Positions 46,129 to 55,920 of a stretch of DNA of 64,000 nt are shown piece by piece. Within the stretch, counting starts at the first letter, position 1. Each line of letters begins with the position of its first letter. The position numbers and the translations under genes were made by a program. Source of the DNA: an uncultured Acidobacteriota bacterium (GTDB lineage Bacteria > Acidobacteriota > Thermoanaerobaculia > UBA5066 > Gp7-AA6); contig CAVXTP010000014.1 of the NCBI GenBank assembly GCA_963764715.1, forward strand, positions 160,001-224,000. Direction: 5' to 3'. Under the pieces are notes generated by a model, which worked only from the letters and a program-made list of their open reading frames with translations, had not been told where the DNA came from and did not search any database.

Positions 46129-47280
46129 TCAACTCAGGCGCCTGACGCCATCTCTGGCCGCGTGGATGTAGACCGGTTTGGGATTCAGCGCGTATTCGCG
46201 GAAGCAGGCATCCGTGAACTTGATGGCGTGCTCGTCGTTCGTCGCGATCGCGCGGTCCGCGAGGTCGTCGCGCGAGGGCAGCGCGCCCTCGGAAAAGCGC
46301 GGCGTCGTCTTGAAGCCGTTCGAGGAAGCGAACGACGCGCAGGCCTGCCAGGTGTACCGGAGCAGGCGCGCGCGCTCCTCGGCCGAGACATAAGGAAGAA
46401 GCGTTCGCACGGCCGCGGGCCCGGTGACGCCGTGGAGGAACGTGATGACGCTTCCCGGCGGAACGCTCGCGAGGTAGACGGACGCGAACGTCGCAGTCAG
46501 GTCCGAGAGGAAGGCGCCCGGATCGCCCGAAGGGTCGACGGCGTCCGCCACGGAAGCGAAGGGGGGAAACCCGTCGAGCGGTGCGAGGCGTTCGGTGATG
46601 TTGCCGGTCGAGACGCGGCGGCCGGCCGGAAGCTCGGGAACGCTTGCGATCGCGTCGGAGGGCCGCCGTCCGCGGACCGGCCGCGCGGGCGGCGCGGCTT
46701 CGGGCAGGGCGTTGTACGTGGCCGCCCAGTAGCCGAGGCCCTCGGCGAGCTCGCGCACCCGGGCCGGCGTCTCGACCGCCTCGAGGCTCCGCACGGCGTG
46801 GGCCGTCCGGATCGCTCCGTGAAACGCCGCGGCGACGACGCCCGGCGACAGCCGCACCGTCCACTCCGAGAGCACCGTCTTCCAGGGGCGCTCCGCGAGC
46901 TCGCGGCGGAAGAACACGATCCAGTCGCCCACGCGGCCCTGGACGCCGAGGGCCTCGCGCCAATCCTTCGGGTCGACGGGGTTCGGGCCCCCCGGGTGCG
47001 GATTCAGCCGCCGGCGGTACATCTCGACCCACGGCACCACCGCGTCGGGACGTTGCAGCGCGACGAGGGCCTCGGCGGCCATCGGTCCGTGGTTGGCGAG
47101 TCCGCCGTGGTACTCGGGCCCCGTCGGCGCCAAAAGACTCAGGGCCGCTTCGATCGCCTCGGAGGATTTCATGGCGTTGTCCCTCGATGCCGCGGGCCGC
47201 GCGAGGATTCCCGGGGCCACGCACGTGGCGGAGGCGGCGGTGGCCGCGTGACGGAGGAAGCGGCGGCGCGAGTGGGCCAT
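46129..47280 (-). CDS. Questin oxidase family (DUF4243-like) protein with Tat-like signal peptide
   Basis: GLANHGPMAAEAL, AAAFHG.IRTAHAV, ELAEGLGYWA, LHGVTGP.A, DEHAIKF; N-terminal SRRRFLR. Confidence 0.75.
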   Translation of the reverse strand: MAHSRRRFLRHAATAASATCVAPGILARPAASRDNAMKSSEAIEAALSLLAPTGPEYHGGLANHGPMAAEALVALQRPDAVVPWVEMYRRRLNPHPGGPNPVDPKDWREALGVQGRVGDWIVFFRRELAERPWKTVLSEWTVRLSPGVVAAAFHGAIRTAHAVRSLEAVETPARVRELAEGLGYWAATYNALPEAAPPARPVRGRRPSDAIASVPELPAGRRVSTGNITERLAPLDGFPPFASVADAVDPSGDPGAFLSDLTATFASVYLASVPPGSVITFLHGVTGPAAVRTLLPYVSAEERARLLRYTWQACASFASSNGFKTTPRFSEGALPSRDDLADRAIATNDEHAIKFTDACFREYALNPKPVYIHAARDGVRRLS

Positions 47281-47331
47281 GCGGTTCCCTCTCGAATCCT
47301 ATCGCTTTGGTAGACTGCCCGCCGCTCTCCG

Positions 47332-49116
47332 ATGGACGCCAAGCGCCGCGAACTCCACCCCCTCGTCGCCCTCGACTACCGCGTCCGCGTCCCGGCGATG
47401 CTCATCGTCGCGCTCGTGGTCCTGTCCTATTTCTGGGACTACCCGAAGAGCTTCTGGCTCTGGACGGCCATCGGATTCACGGGGCTCGTCTGGCCCCACC
47501 TGCTCTACTTCGCGGCCCGCGTTTCGCCGGACAGCCGGGCCGCGGAACGCCGCAACCTGCTCTTCGACTCCTTCCTGCTCGGCTGCTGGGCGGGCGGCAT
47601 GAGCTTCTGCCCGCTGCCGAGCATCATGATGATCACCGCCATCATCGCGGCCTGCCTCTCGATCGGCGGCGTCCGGTTCGCCATCTGGGCGGCCGGCGCC
47701 GTCTGCGCCGGGATGGTTTTCGTCGGCTCCTTCATGGGCTTCCACGTCGACACGAGCGCCTCGATCACGACGACGATCCTCTCGGTCCTCGGCACCTTCT
47801 CGTTCACGTCGATCTTCGGCTACTACTCCCACGTCCAGACCCGTCGCTGGCTCACGGCAAAAAAGGAGCTGGCGGCGCAGAACGAGCGCATCCAGGAGCA
47901 GTACGCCGTGACCGAGAGCGCGCTCCAGTCGGCCCTCGAAGCCAACGAGGCCGCGAAACAGGCGAGCCAGGCCAAGAGCGCTTTCCTCGCCAACATGAGC
48001 CACGAGCTCCGCACCCCGCTCAACGCGATTCTCGGATACAGCGAGATGCTCGCCGAGGACGCCGAGGCCTCGGGAAACGCCGACCTCGTGTCGGACCTCA
48101 AGAAGATCCTGACGGCCGGCCGGCACCTGCTCGGCCTCATCAACGACGTTCTCGACCTGTCCAAGATCGAGGCCGGGAAGATGCGCCTCTACCTTGAGAC
48201 GTTCGAGGTGTCGGGCGTCGTCCAGGAGGCGATCGAGACCGCGCGGCCGCTCATCGAGAAGAAGCGCAACCGGCTCGAGGTCCGGTGCCCCGAGGGCCTC
48301 GGGAGCATTCGCGAGGACGCGACGAAGGTCCGCCAGGTGCTCCTGAACCTCCTCTCGAACGCCGGGAAGTTCACCGAGGGGGGCCTCGTCACGCTCGACG
48401 TGCGCCGCGAAGTCGGCCCCGCCGGCAACTGGGTCTTCTTCCGGGTCTCCGACACGGGCATCGGGATGACGCCGGCGGAGACGGCGAAGCTCTTCGAGGC
48501 CTTCGTCCAGGCGGACGCCGGGACCTCCAAGAAATTCGGCGGCACCGGCCTCGGCCTCGCGATCACGCGCAAGCTATGCCGGCTGATGGGCGGCGACATC
48601 GCGGTCGAGAGCGCACCGGGCCGGGGCAGCACGTTCACGGTGCGCCTGCCGGGCGAGATCGAGAACTTCGACGGCGACGCGACGTCGGTACGGATCTCGA
48701 CGCTCGCGGGCGTCAGGCTGCCGCCGGCCGGCCCGGCCGCGCAACGGCCGCGCCCGCTCGTCCTCGTGATCGACTCCGACCCGGCCGTCGGCGAGCTCAT
48801 GGGGAGGCTCGCCGTCCGGGAGGGGTTCGACGTCGCGGTCTCCACGACCGGGGCCGAGGGCCGGCGGCTCGCGTCCGAGAAGCGGCCCGAGCTCATCACC
48901 CTCGACGTGGAGCTGCCCGACACCGACGGCTGGAAGATCCTCGAGGACCTGCGCGCCGACGCCGACCTTCGCCGGACGCCCGTCGTCGTCGTCACCGTCG
49001 TCGACGACCGCAGCCGGGGACTCTCCCTCGGCGCCACCGACTACTTCGTCAAGCCGATCGACCTTGAACGGATGGCCGCCGTCCTGGCGCGCCGCCGGCC
49101 CGGGGCGGCGGCGTAG
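47332..49116 (+). CDS. Hybrid sensor histidine kinase: MASE2-like membrane sensor + HisKA + HATPase + receiver
   Basis: N-terminal 'Y..R...LVWPHL.Y..A..S.....AE.RNLL.DS...G.W...M.F..LPS' (MASE2-like). [37 protein letters not shown]; REC ITLDV..PDTDG...KP. Confidence 0.88.
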   Translation: MDAKRRELHPLVALDYRVRVPAMLIVALVVLSYFWDYPKSFWLWTAIGFTGLVWPHLLYFAARVSPDSRAAERRNLLFDSFLLGCWAGGMSFCPLPSIMMITAIIAACLSIGGVRFAIWAAGAVCAGMVFVGSFMGFHVDTSASITTTILSVLGTFSFTSIFGYYSHVQTRRWLTAKKELAAQNERIQEQYAVTESALQSALEANEAAKQASQAKSAFLANMSHELRTPLNAILGYSEMLAEDAEASGNADLVSDLKKILTAGRHLLGLINDVLDLSKIEAGKMRLYLETFEVSGVVQEAIETARPLIEKKRNRLEVRCPEGLGSIREDATKVRQVLLNLLSNAGKFTEGGLVTLDVRREVGPAGNWVFFRVSDTGIGMTPAETAKLFEAFVQADAGTSKKFGGTGLGLAITRKLCRLMGGDIAVESAPGRGSTFTVRLPGEIENFDGDATSVRISTLAGVRLPPAGPAAQRPRPLVLVIDSDPAVGELMGRLAVREGFDVAVSTTGAEGRRLASEKRPELITLDVELPDTDGWKILEDLRADADLRRTPVVVVTVVDDRSRGLSLGATDYFVKPIDLERMAAVLARRRPGAAA

Positions 49117-49125
49117 GAGGTTCCC

Positions 49126-49503
49126 CTGGCGCGCATCCTCATCGTCGAAGACAACGAACTCTCCCGCGACATGCTCTCGCGTCGCCTCGAGAAGCGCGGC
49201 TACGAGGTCGCCATCGCCGGCGACGGCGAAGAGGGCGTCGCGAAGGCGGCGGCCGAGGGACCCGACCTGATCCTCATGGATCTCGCGCTGCCCGTTCTCG
49301 ACGGCTGGGAGGCGACGAAGCGGATCAAGGCCGGACGGGGCACGGCGGGCATTCCGGTCATCGGGCTCTCCGCGCACGCGATGGCCGAGGACGAGGCCCG
49401 GGCGCGCGGCGCCGGCTGCGACGACTTCGACACCAAGCCCGTCGAGCTTCCGCGCCTGCTCGGGAAGATCGAGGCGCTCCTGCGGCGCGCGCCCCGTCCC
49501 TGA
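49126..49503 (+). CDS. Single-domain response regulator (CheY/DivK-like)
   Basis: The ILIVEDN N-terminus requires a start upstream of the ORF-track ATG: CTG 49126, 5 nt after AGGAGG. DLILMD, SAHAM, TKPV. Confidence 0.9.
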   Translation: MARILIVEDNELSRDMLSRRLEKRGYEVAIAGDGEEGVAKAAAEGPDLILMDLALPVLDGWEATKRIKAGRGTAGIPVIGLSAHAMAEDEARARGAGCDDFDTKPVELPRLLGKIEALLRRAPRP

Positions 49504-49507
49504 AGGC

Positions 49508-49927
49508 ATGCGCACCGAAACCTCGGTCGCGGCCCGCCTCGAAAGCCTCGAAACGGTGCGCGCGTTCGTCGAGGAAGCCTGCCGGCGGGCCGGCGCCGAC
49601 GCCGCCGCCTGCTTCGACCTGAAGCTCGCCGTCGACGAGGCCTGCACCAACATCATCGAGCACGGCTACGCGGGCCAGCCCGGCGAAACGATCGCCCTCG
49701 CCTGCGAGATCGACGGCGACGGCGTGCGCGTCACGATCGTCGACCGCGGACGCTCCTTCCGGCCGTCGGAGCTCCCGCCGCCCGACCTCTCGGCCGACTG
49801 GGAAGAGCGGCGCATCGGGGGGCTCGGCTGGCACTTCATCCGGAAGTCCGTGGACGAGATAGATTACGGGCCGGACCCGTCCGGAGGGAACCGGCTGACC
49901 CTGGTCAAGAGGAGCCACCGCCCATGA
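49508..49927 (+). CDS. Anti-sigma factor / serine kinase (RsbW/SpoIIAB-like)
   Basis: LAVDEACTNIIEHGY, D.GR.F, GGLG..FIRK.VDE. Confidence 0.9.
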   Translation: MRTETSVAARLESLETVRAFVEEACRRAGADAAACFDLKLAVDEACTNIIEHGYAGQPGETIALACEIDGDGVRVTIVDRGRSFRPSELPPPDLSADWEERRIGGLGWHFIRKSVDEIDYGPDPSGGNRLTLVKRSHRP

Positions 49928-50271
49928 ACATCCGCGTGGAGCGCCGCGCGCACGTCACGGTCATCGCGATCGCCGGAAGCGTCGACGGGGCGACCGCTCC
50001 GGCCCTGGTCGCGTCGTTTCGGGAGGAGGTCGCCGGCGGTTTCACCCGGATCGTGGGCGACTTTTCGGGCGTCGAGTACACCTCGAGCGCCGGGCTTCGG
50101 GCGTTGCTCGAGACCGTCAAGGAAACCCGACAGCGGGGCGGGGACCTCCGGCTCGCCGCCGTCCAGCCCGACGTCTGGCGGGTGCTCGACCTCGCCGGCT
50201 TCACCCACATCCTGAAGGTCTTCGGCGGGATCGACGAGGCCGTGGCGAGCTTCCCGGCCCAGGGCGCGTGA
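49924..50271 (+). CDS. STAS anti-anti-sigma factor (RsbV/SpoIIAA-like)
   Basis: DFSGVEYTSSAGLR phospho-Ser motif, GGDLRLA, V..VLDLAGF; ATGA overlap. Confidence 0.9.
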   Translation: MNIRVERRAHVTVIAIAGSVDGATAPALVASFREEVAGGFTRIVGDFSGVEYTSSAGLRALLETVKETRQRGGDLRLAAVQPDVWRVLDLAGFTHILKVFGGIDEAVASFPAQGA

Positions 50272-51140
50272 GCGCCGCCCCTCCCGCCGCGCGAACCGCC
50301 GGCCGCGTCGCCGTCGTCATCGGCTCGGGCTCGGTCAAGTGCGCCGCCGCGCTCGGGCTCTTCCGTGTGCTCCAGCGCGAGGGGATCCCGATCGACATGG
50401 TCGTCGGCTGCAGCGGCGGGGCGCTCTACGCGGCGTGCGTCGCGATGGGCTTCGACCTCGCGACGGCCGAGCGCAAGACCCGCGAGCTCTGGACGAAGGA
50501 GATCACGGCGAAGCGCAACACGCGGGCGCTCCTCGCGGCGGTCCTCCCCGGGGTCTTCCGCTTCGACGAGCGGTTCGGCCTCGTCGACGACCGGAAAGTC
50601 CTCGAGCGCCTCCGGCAGGCCTTCGGCGAGGCCCGCATGGAGGACGCGAAGATCCCGCTCTTCCTGACGGCCACCGACTTCCACACGGGCGAGCAGGCGG
50701 TGTTCTCGAAGGGACGGCTCGTCGACGCGCTCCGCGCCTCGATCGCCATCCCCTACATCTTCCAGCCCTGGAAGATCGGCGACCGCACGTTCGTCGACGG
50801 TTTCCTTTCCGACCCGATGCCGATCGGCGTCGCGATCAAGGAGGGCGCCGACATCATCATCACCATGGGCTTCGAGAGCCCGTACCAGACCCGCATCTCG
50901 AGCGTGATGCGCTTCGCCTTCCAGCTCTCGTCGATCACGTCGAACAACCTGCTCAAGGCCAACTACGCGTTCCACAACCTCGCGCACCACCACGAGATCC
51001 TTCCGATCATTCCGCAGTTCAAGCACAAGATTCACCTCTTCGACACCGACAAGTTTCCCTACGTCATCGAAGAGGGCGAGCGCGCGGCCGAGAAGCAGAT
51101 CCCCTATCTCCGCCAGCTCCTCGCGCCCCGAAGCGCGTGA
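50268..51140 (+). CDS. Patatin-like phospholipase (RssA/NTE-like)
   Basis: GSGSVK oxyanion-loop variant, GCSGG nucleophile, ATDF.TG, ALRASIAIP..F.P, VDGF. Confidence 0.88.
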   Translation: MSAAPPAARTAGRVAVVIGSGSVKCAAALGLFRVLQREGIPIDMVVGCSGGALYAACVAMGFDLATAERKTRELWTKEITAKRNTRALLAAVLPGVFRFDERFGLVDDRKVLERLRQAFGEARMEDAKIPLFLTATDFHTGEQAVFSKGRLVDALRASIAIPYIFQPWKIGDRTFVDGFLSDPMPIGVAIKEGADIIITMGFESPYQTRISSVMRFAFQLSSITSNNLLKANYAFHNLAHHHEILPIIPQFKHKIHLFDTDKFPYVIEEGERAAEKQIPYLRQLLAPRSA

Positions 51141-52300
51141 CGGCCCCCCCCGGCCGCCTCCTCGTCGTCGACGACACGGAGGTCAACCGCGACCTGCTGG
51201 CGCGGCGCCTGCGCGCCCTGGGCCACGAGGTGACGATGGCCGTGAACGGACGCGAGGCCCTCGAGACCCTCGCCGCGCGCGAGATCGACCTCGTCCTCCT
51301 CGACATCATGATGCCGGAGATGGACGGGTTCCAGGTGCTCGAGCGGATGCGGCAGGACGCGGCGCTCCGCACGATTCCCGTCATCATGATCTCGGCGGTC
51401 GACGAGATCGAGAGCGTCGCCCGCGCGATCGAGCTCGGCGCCGCGGACTACCTGCCGAAGCCGTTCAACGCCGTGGTGCTGCGCGCGCGGGTGACCGCGA
51501 CGCTCCAAAAGAAGCGCCTCGAGGACGCCGAGCGACTCCACACGCGCGCCCTGGAGCGCGACCTCGAGATCGGGCGCCAGATCCAGCGGGACTTCCTGCC
51601 CGACGCGCTCCCGCAGCCGGCCGGCTGGGAGATCGCCGCGGCCTTTCAGCCGGCGCGCCAGGTCGCGGGCGACTTCTACGACGCCTTCGCCCTCGAGGAC
51701 GGGCGCGTCGCCCTCGTCCTCGGCGACGTCTGCGACAAGGGCGTCGGGGCCGCACTCTTCATGGCCCTCTTCCGCAGCCTCCTGCGCTCCCACGCCGAGC
51801 TCCACGGCGCGGGCACGCCGGCGGCGCCCGCGGCGCGCAGCATCGTGGCGCTCACGAACGACTACATCGCGCGCACGCACGGCCGCTCGAACATGTTCGC
51901 GACCATCTTCTTCGGGATCCTCGACCCCGCGACCGGCGCGCTCGCCTGGGTCAACGGCGGCCACGAGCCGCCGGTCCTCCGCCGGTCCGCGGGTACGATC
52001 GAGCGGCTCTCCCCGACCGGGCCGGCCGTCGGCGCCCTTCCCGGGATGGAGTATGCGGCGCGCACGCTCGAGCTCGGACCGGGCGATCTCCTCCTCGCCT
52101 TCACCGACGGCGCCTCCGAGGCCCGCTCGCCTTCGGGCGTTCTCTGGGGCGAGCAGGCGCTGCTGCGGCTGCTGGAGCGCGCTCCGCGGTCCGGGGCCAC
52201 GACCCTGGCGGAAGTCGTCGCCGCAGTCCGCGCGCACGAGGCCGGAACCGAGCCCGGCGACGACCTGACGCTACTCGCCGTACGTCGGGCGGGCCCATAG
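51137..52300 (+). CDS. Response regulator with PP2C/SpoIIE phosphatase domain (RsbU/RsbP-like)
   Basis: GTG 51137 (GTGA overlap). LLVVDD, LLDIMMP, LPKP; VAGDFYD, GDVCDKG, MFAT, NGGH, FTDG, DDLT. Confidence 0.92.
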   Translation: MTAPPGRLLVVDDTEVNRDLLARRLRALGHEVTMAVNGREALETLAAREIDLVLLDIMMPEMDGFQVLERMRQDAALRTIPVIMISAVDEIESVARAIELGAADYLPKPFNAVVLRARVTATLQKKRLEDAERLHTRALERDLEIGRQIQRDFLPDALPQPAGWEIAAAFQPARQVAGDFYDAFALEDGRVALVLGDVCDKGVGAALFMALFRSLLRSHAELHGAGTPAAPAARSIVALTNDYIARTHGRSNMFATIFFGILDPATGALAWVNGGHEPPVLRRSAGTIERLSPTGPAVGALPGMEYAARTLELGPGDLLLAFTDGASEARSPSGVLWGEQALLRLLERAPRSGATTLAEVVAAVRAHEAGTEPGDDLTLLAVRRAGP

Positions 52301-52333
52301 CTCACCGGAGCGGGGCACCGCTCTGGCCTCCAG

Positions 52334-52783
52334 CTATGGCATGGGAGCGCTCCCCCGGTGCTCAAATGAAGTCCAGCCGTCCTCGGCAGAGCAAATTCCG
52401 AGTTTCACCTTGAGGGTCTCATCGAAGAGACTGATTTGCGCGTGGTTCTTGGCAATGGCCATCGATCGAGCGAGATCCCTCTTCGTCTCCTCGGGGAGGC
52501 TCTCCCACATCGATCGCCGGACGTAGACCGCGGGCGCGTCGTCCGCCCAGTGAAAGATGAGACCCGACCGTCGGAACGGCAAGACCTCCAGATTCGCCCG
52601 CTCCACTCTTGCGGCGGCGAATCCGCGCGTCACCGGAATTGGTCCGGCATGGTCGACCAGAATTGCGACGATCGCCCCGAGAACGACGAGCGAAACCGCA
52701 CCCACTGTCAGTAGGAGTCCCGGCGCAACGCCGGGTGCCCATCTCGGACTCGTCCGGCGATGCGAAGTGATGTCTATTCTCAT
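52334..52783 (-). CDS. Hypothetical single-pass membrane protein
   Basis: Probable ATG 52783; one TM segment (LLLTVGAVSLVVLGAIVAILV) followed by a globular domain; no family recognised. Confidence 0.5.
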   Translation of the reverse strand: MRIDITSHRRTSPRWAPGVAPGLLLTVGAVSLVVLGAIVAILVDHAGPIPVTRGFAAARVERANLEVLPFRRSGLIFHWADDAPAVYVRRSMWESLPEETKRDLARSMAIAKNHAQISLFDETLKVKLGICSAEDGWTSFEHRGSAPMP

Positions 52784-52978
52784 AATGACCTTCCCGAGCG
52801 GAAACCCGACGGAGTCCGCCAGGCCAGCGCACTCCTGGACGCCCTGATCCGGGCGGCCCTCCACCGCTGGCCGCGAGCCCGCACGAAGGTCGGCGCCCAG
52901 CCGCGGCCAGGTTTGAAAGCATCGGCCGACGCCCCGCGCGGGGACGCCGGCCGAAAGGACGTCGATCGGAGACCCCGG

Positions 52979-55411
52979 CTAGAACGAGAGAACCGCCTGG
53001 CCCACGAATCGCCGAGGCGGGATGACGTGTGTTCCGCCGAAGACCGAGAGGATGTTGTAGACCCCCTTCTGGTCGAAGGCGTTGAGGATCATGAACTGCA
53101 GCGCCAACGGGACCTTCACGCGGGACAGGTCGTACCCGATCTGGAAATCGCAGACCGTACGCGGCTTGACTCGGTTGGGGTCGAGCTCGGTTCCGCTGTT
53201 GACGTTGACGTAGGGCGCGGCGAACGCGTTGTCCGGATCCTCGAGCAATTCGGTCGAATCCGCGTCGGTCACGAGACCCGAGTCATAGCGGACGTTGGCC
53301 CCGAACCAGAGGCCCGTCTTGAGGAGATCGTAATAGAGGCCCACCTGGAGCTGGATCTTCTGGTCGTGGTCGATCAGAAACGGAACGCCCGTGATCGCGT
53401 CCAGCGACTCCTGATCGAGGAAGAGGCCGCCGGCCGGAGGCGGATCGTAGATCGCGTGGACGTGGCCCACGGAGACGAAGCCCCGGAACCCCGCCGTCGG
53501 CGCCAGATCGAGCCGCAGGTCCCACCCCTGATACTGGCCGCTCGCGAAGGAGATCGGGAAGACGATGCCTGTCGTCAAGAACTGGTCCTGGTCGCCGGCG
53601 TTCTTGGTCCGCCGCCACCAGTAGTCGAAGTCGAGACGGAGCTTCGACCCGAGGGCCTGCTGGAGACCGACCGTGTAGGCGTTCTGGCGCTCGGACTGCA
53701 CGGGCAGAACGCCCCCGCCCAGCGCCCGGGATTCCTGTACTGAGGGCGGCACGATCGACGCCGCCTCGGCCGAGGAACTGAGGAGAATGTTCTCGAACTC
53801 GGGCGTGTAGACGATCCGGCTGTACGTCGCACGGAGGACCGAGCCGGTCTGCGGAATGTAATAAGCCAGCCCGAGGCGAGGCGACCACTGGACGGTTGTG
53901 ACCGGCAGATTGTTGTTCTCGTAGCGGACACCGATGTTCGCCGTCAGGTTGTTCCAGCGGATCGTGTCCTGCACGTAGGCCGCGTAGTACTTGTCCGTGC
54001 CCGTGTCGGAGAAGACGAACGGAACACCGCCACGCGTCAGGTCGTAGGGAGCGATGTTGGGGTTGTAGTCCGGCGAACCCGGATCGTTGAACGTGGGATC
54101 GGTGATTCCGAAGCGGAAGAACTCCTGGATCGTGTACGCCTTGAAGACTCCGCCCACCTTGATCTCGTGGATTCCCGTCGTCCACGAGAAGGAGGGAGTG
54201 ATCCCGAAGTTGTTGAGGGACCGATTCGAATCGGCCGTGATCGGGGTATCGCCCGCCGACGGGTACAGCGTGAAGCGCGCGAGCCGGGCGTACGCCGTCA
54301 CGTCGAGAACCGTCGAGGCCGAAAGGACGTCCTGCCAGCCGAAGTTGTAGTTCTGGTCGTTCGTCTGGACCCTTTCCGCCTGGCCCTCGTCCTCCTGCGA
54401 GTAGCGATTCGGGACGTCGCGGTCCGTCCGGCCGAGCAGGGCCGAGAGACGGAAGGCGCTCGCAAACCCGGGGGATGCCGTGTCGAGCCGGATGAAGCCT
54501 CTCTGGGTGTTGCCGACGTTGTTGAGGTTGTCGGGATTCGGCGGGTCCGTGAAGTAGTCGGACCCCGCCGCGTTCAAGGTGGCGAAGTAGCCGAAGGACT
54601 GCGTGCCTCCGCCCAGCGAGGCCCCGCCCTGGTACGTGTCGAAGGTCGCGAAGCTGCCGATCACGTTTCCCTTGAACGGGGAGCCGAGGCCGGACTTCGT
54701 CGTCATGTTGATGACGGCGCCGACCTTTTCGCCGAACTCCGCCGGGACGTTTCCGTAGATCACCTCCATCGACTGGGCGATCGACGGGTCGATCGAGTTG
54801 GAAAAGGTCACTCCCGTCTGGTCCGCGATCGTCTGCCCGTCGATGACGTACTCGCTCTGACTGTGAGCGCCCTGGAAGTGGAAGCGGCCATTTTCGTCGA
54901 GCGCGAAGCCGGGGGTGGACGTCACGATCTCTTCCATGGCCCGCATCGGGACCGCGGCCGGGGCGCGCTGGATGAACGACTTGTCGATGTCGATGTGGGA
55001 GGTGGTCGTGTCGGTTTCGAGTTGGGCGGCCGTGGGCTCGCTGATCACGCTCACCGACTCGGTCACCGCGGGCAGCTCGAGCTGGATCCGGACCTCGCGG
55101 GGGACGGACGTCCGGAGATCCAGGTTCTGGTGGACCGGCTTGAAACCCTGCACCTCGACGTGCAGCTCGTAGGGATTGAAGGGAACGTTGAAGAAGTGAA
55201 AGGTGCCGTCGCGGCCGCTCGTGGTCTCGGCCTTGAATCCGGAGATGTCGTTGCGCAGCTGGACGAGGACGGCCGCCATCGGCTTGCCGTCGGGCCCGGC
55301 GACGACGCCCGTGATCGAGGCGGCCGGTCCCGCGGCCAGGACCGCGGCCGGAAGCGCGACGAGCAGACCGCCGACGAAGACCCCGAGGGCCAAACGCTTG
55401 GAGTGAGACAT
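52979..55411 (-). CDS. TonB-dependent receptor with N-terminal carboxypeptidase-regulatory-like domain
   Basis: Signal peptide; ITGVV.GPDG...G.F.F.NVPFNPY; plug YVIDG/VPAEFG; WSPRLGLAY; C-terminal F. Confidence 0.88.
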   Translation of the reverse strand: MSHSKRLALGVFVGGLLVALPAAVLAAGPAASITGVVAGPDGKPMAAVLVQLRNDISGFKAETTSGRDGTFHFFNVPFNPYELHVEVQGFKPVHQNLDLRTSVPREVRIQLELPAVTESVSVISEPTAAQLETDTTTSHIDIDKSFIQRAPAAVPMRAMEEIVTSTPGFALDENGRFHFQGAHSQSEYVIDGQTIADQTGVTFSNSIDPSIAQSMEVIYGNVPAEFGEKVGAVINMTTKSGLGSPFKGNVIGSFATFDTYQGGASLGGGTQSFGYFATLNAAGSDYFTDPPNPDNLNNVGNTQRGFIRLDTASPGFASAFRLSALLGRTDRDVPNRYSQEDEGQAERVQTNDQNYNFGWQDVLSASTVLDVTAYARLARFTLYPSAGDTPITADSNRSLNNFGITPSFSWTTGIHEIKVGGVFKAYTIQEFFRFGITDPTFNDPGSPDYNPNIAPYDLTRGGVPFVFSDTGTDKYYAAYVQDTIRWNNLTANIGVRYENNNLPVTTVQWSPRLGLAYYIPQTGSVLRATYSRIVYTPEFENILLSSSAEAASIVPPSVQESRALGGGVLPVQSERQNAYTVGLQQALGSKLRLDFDYWWRRTKNAGDQDQFLTTGIVFPISFASGQYQGWDLRLDLAPTAGFRGFVSVGHVHAIYDPPPAGGLFLDQESLDAITGVPFLIDHDQKIQLQVGLYYDLLKTGLWFGANVRYDSGLVTDADSTELLEDPDNAFAAPYVNVNSGTELDPNRVKPRTVCDFQIGYDLSRVKVPLALQFMILNAFDQKGVYNILSVFGGTHVIPPRRFVGQAVLSF

Positions 55412-55513
55412 GAATTCTCCTCATTCGAAGTGGGCTCGGGCCCGGCGTCGCCGGAAGGGCGCGCGCCGGCGGCTCCCGTCGAGGGACCGCCCGAGGCCGG
55501 TCAGTTCGAGGCT

Positions 55514-55870
55514 TTAGAGGAGAACGGGAGGAGCGCGGGAACCGTGCGGGAGGCGGGCGAACGAGAACGAGGATGCAGCGCGTGTGGCGACCGCCAGGAA
55601 GGATGCGAGAAGCGGCACCACGAAGCCGGCGGCGGCCGGCATTCCGGCGCCGCGCTGGGTCGAGCAGGCCAGACACGGGTCGTCCTTGACGTGGATTCCC
55701 GAATGCCAGTGCGAAGCCTTCGACAACGGGCTGTGGTTGGAAACCACACGGTCGCCGCCGGCGGCGCCGACCGTGCCGGCCAGGTCTTCGTGGTGATGAA
55801 GGGTGGCTGCCCCCGCGACGGTGGCGAGCAGAAGAAGGGCCGCGAAACGCCTCAGCGCTGAAACGGGCAC
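55514..55870 (-). CDS. DUF2946/CruR-like leader protein (TM, His cluster, CxxC, RAPP)
   Basis: Hydrophobic N-terminus, LHHHED, SHWHSG, DPCLAC, C-terminal SRAPPVLL; lies directly upstream of a TonB receptor. Confidence 0.75.
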   Translation of the reverse strand: MPVSALRRFAALLLLATVAGAATLHHHEDLAGTVGAAGGDRVVSNHSPLSKASHWHSGIHVKDDPCLACSTQRGAGMPAAAGFVVPLLASFLAVATRAASSFSFARLPHGSRAPPVLL

Positions 55871-55920
55871 GACCGCACGAGCCTACGGCACCCCCGGCGC
55901 CACGTCAATCGGGGCCGACG

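Noticed and set aside
52784-52978. Possible c-di-GMP riboswitch upstream of the hypothetical membrane protein
   Set aside because: Hairpins are present (TCGGCCG...CGGCCGA, CTGGCCGCG...CGCGGCCAG), but I cannot find the GGCAAA/GAAA/GACGCAAA consensus; more likely terminator-like structure.
52300-55420. Slightly lower-GC stretch suggesting a genomic island
   Set aside because: The shift is small, judged by eye only, typical of outer-membrane receptor genes, and has no integrase, tRNA or flanking direct repeats.
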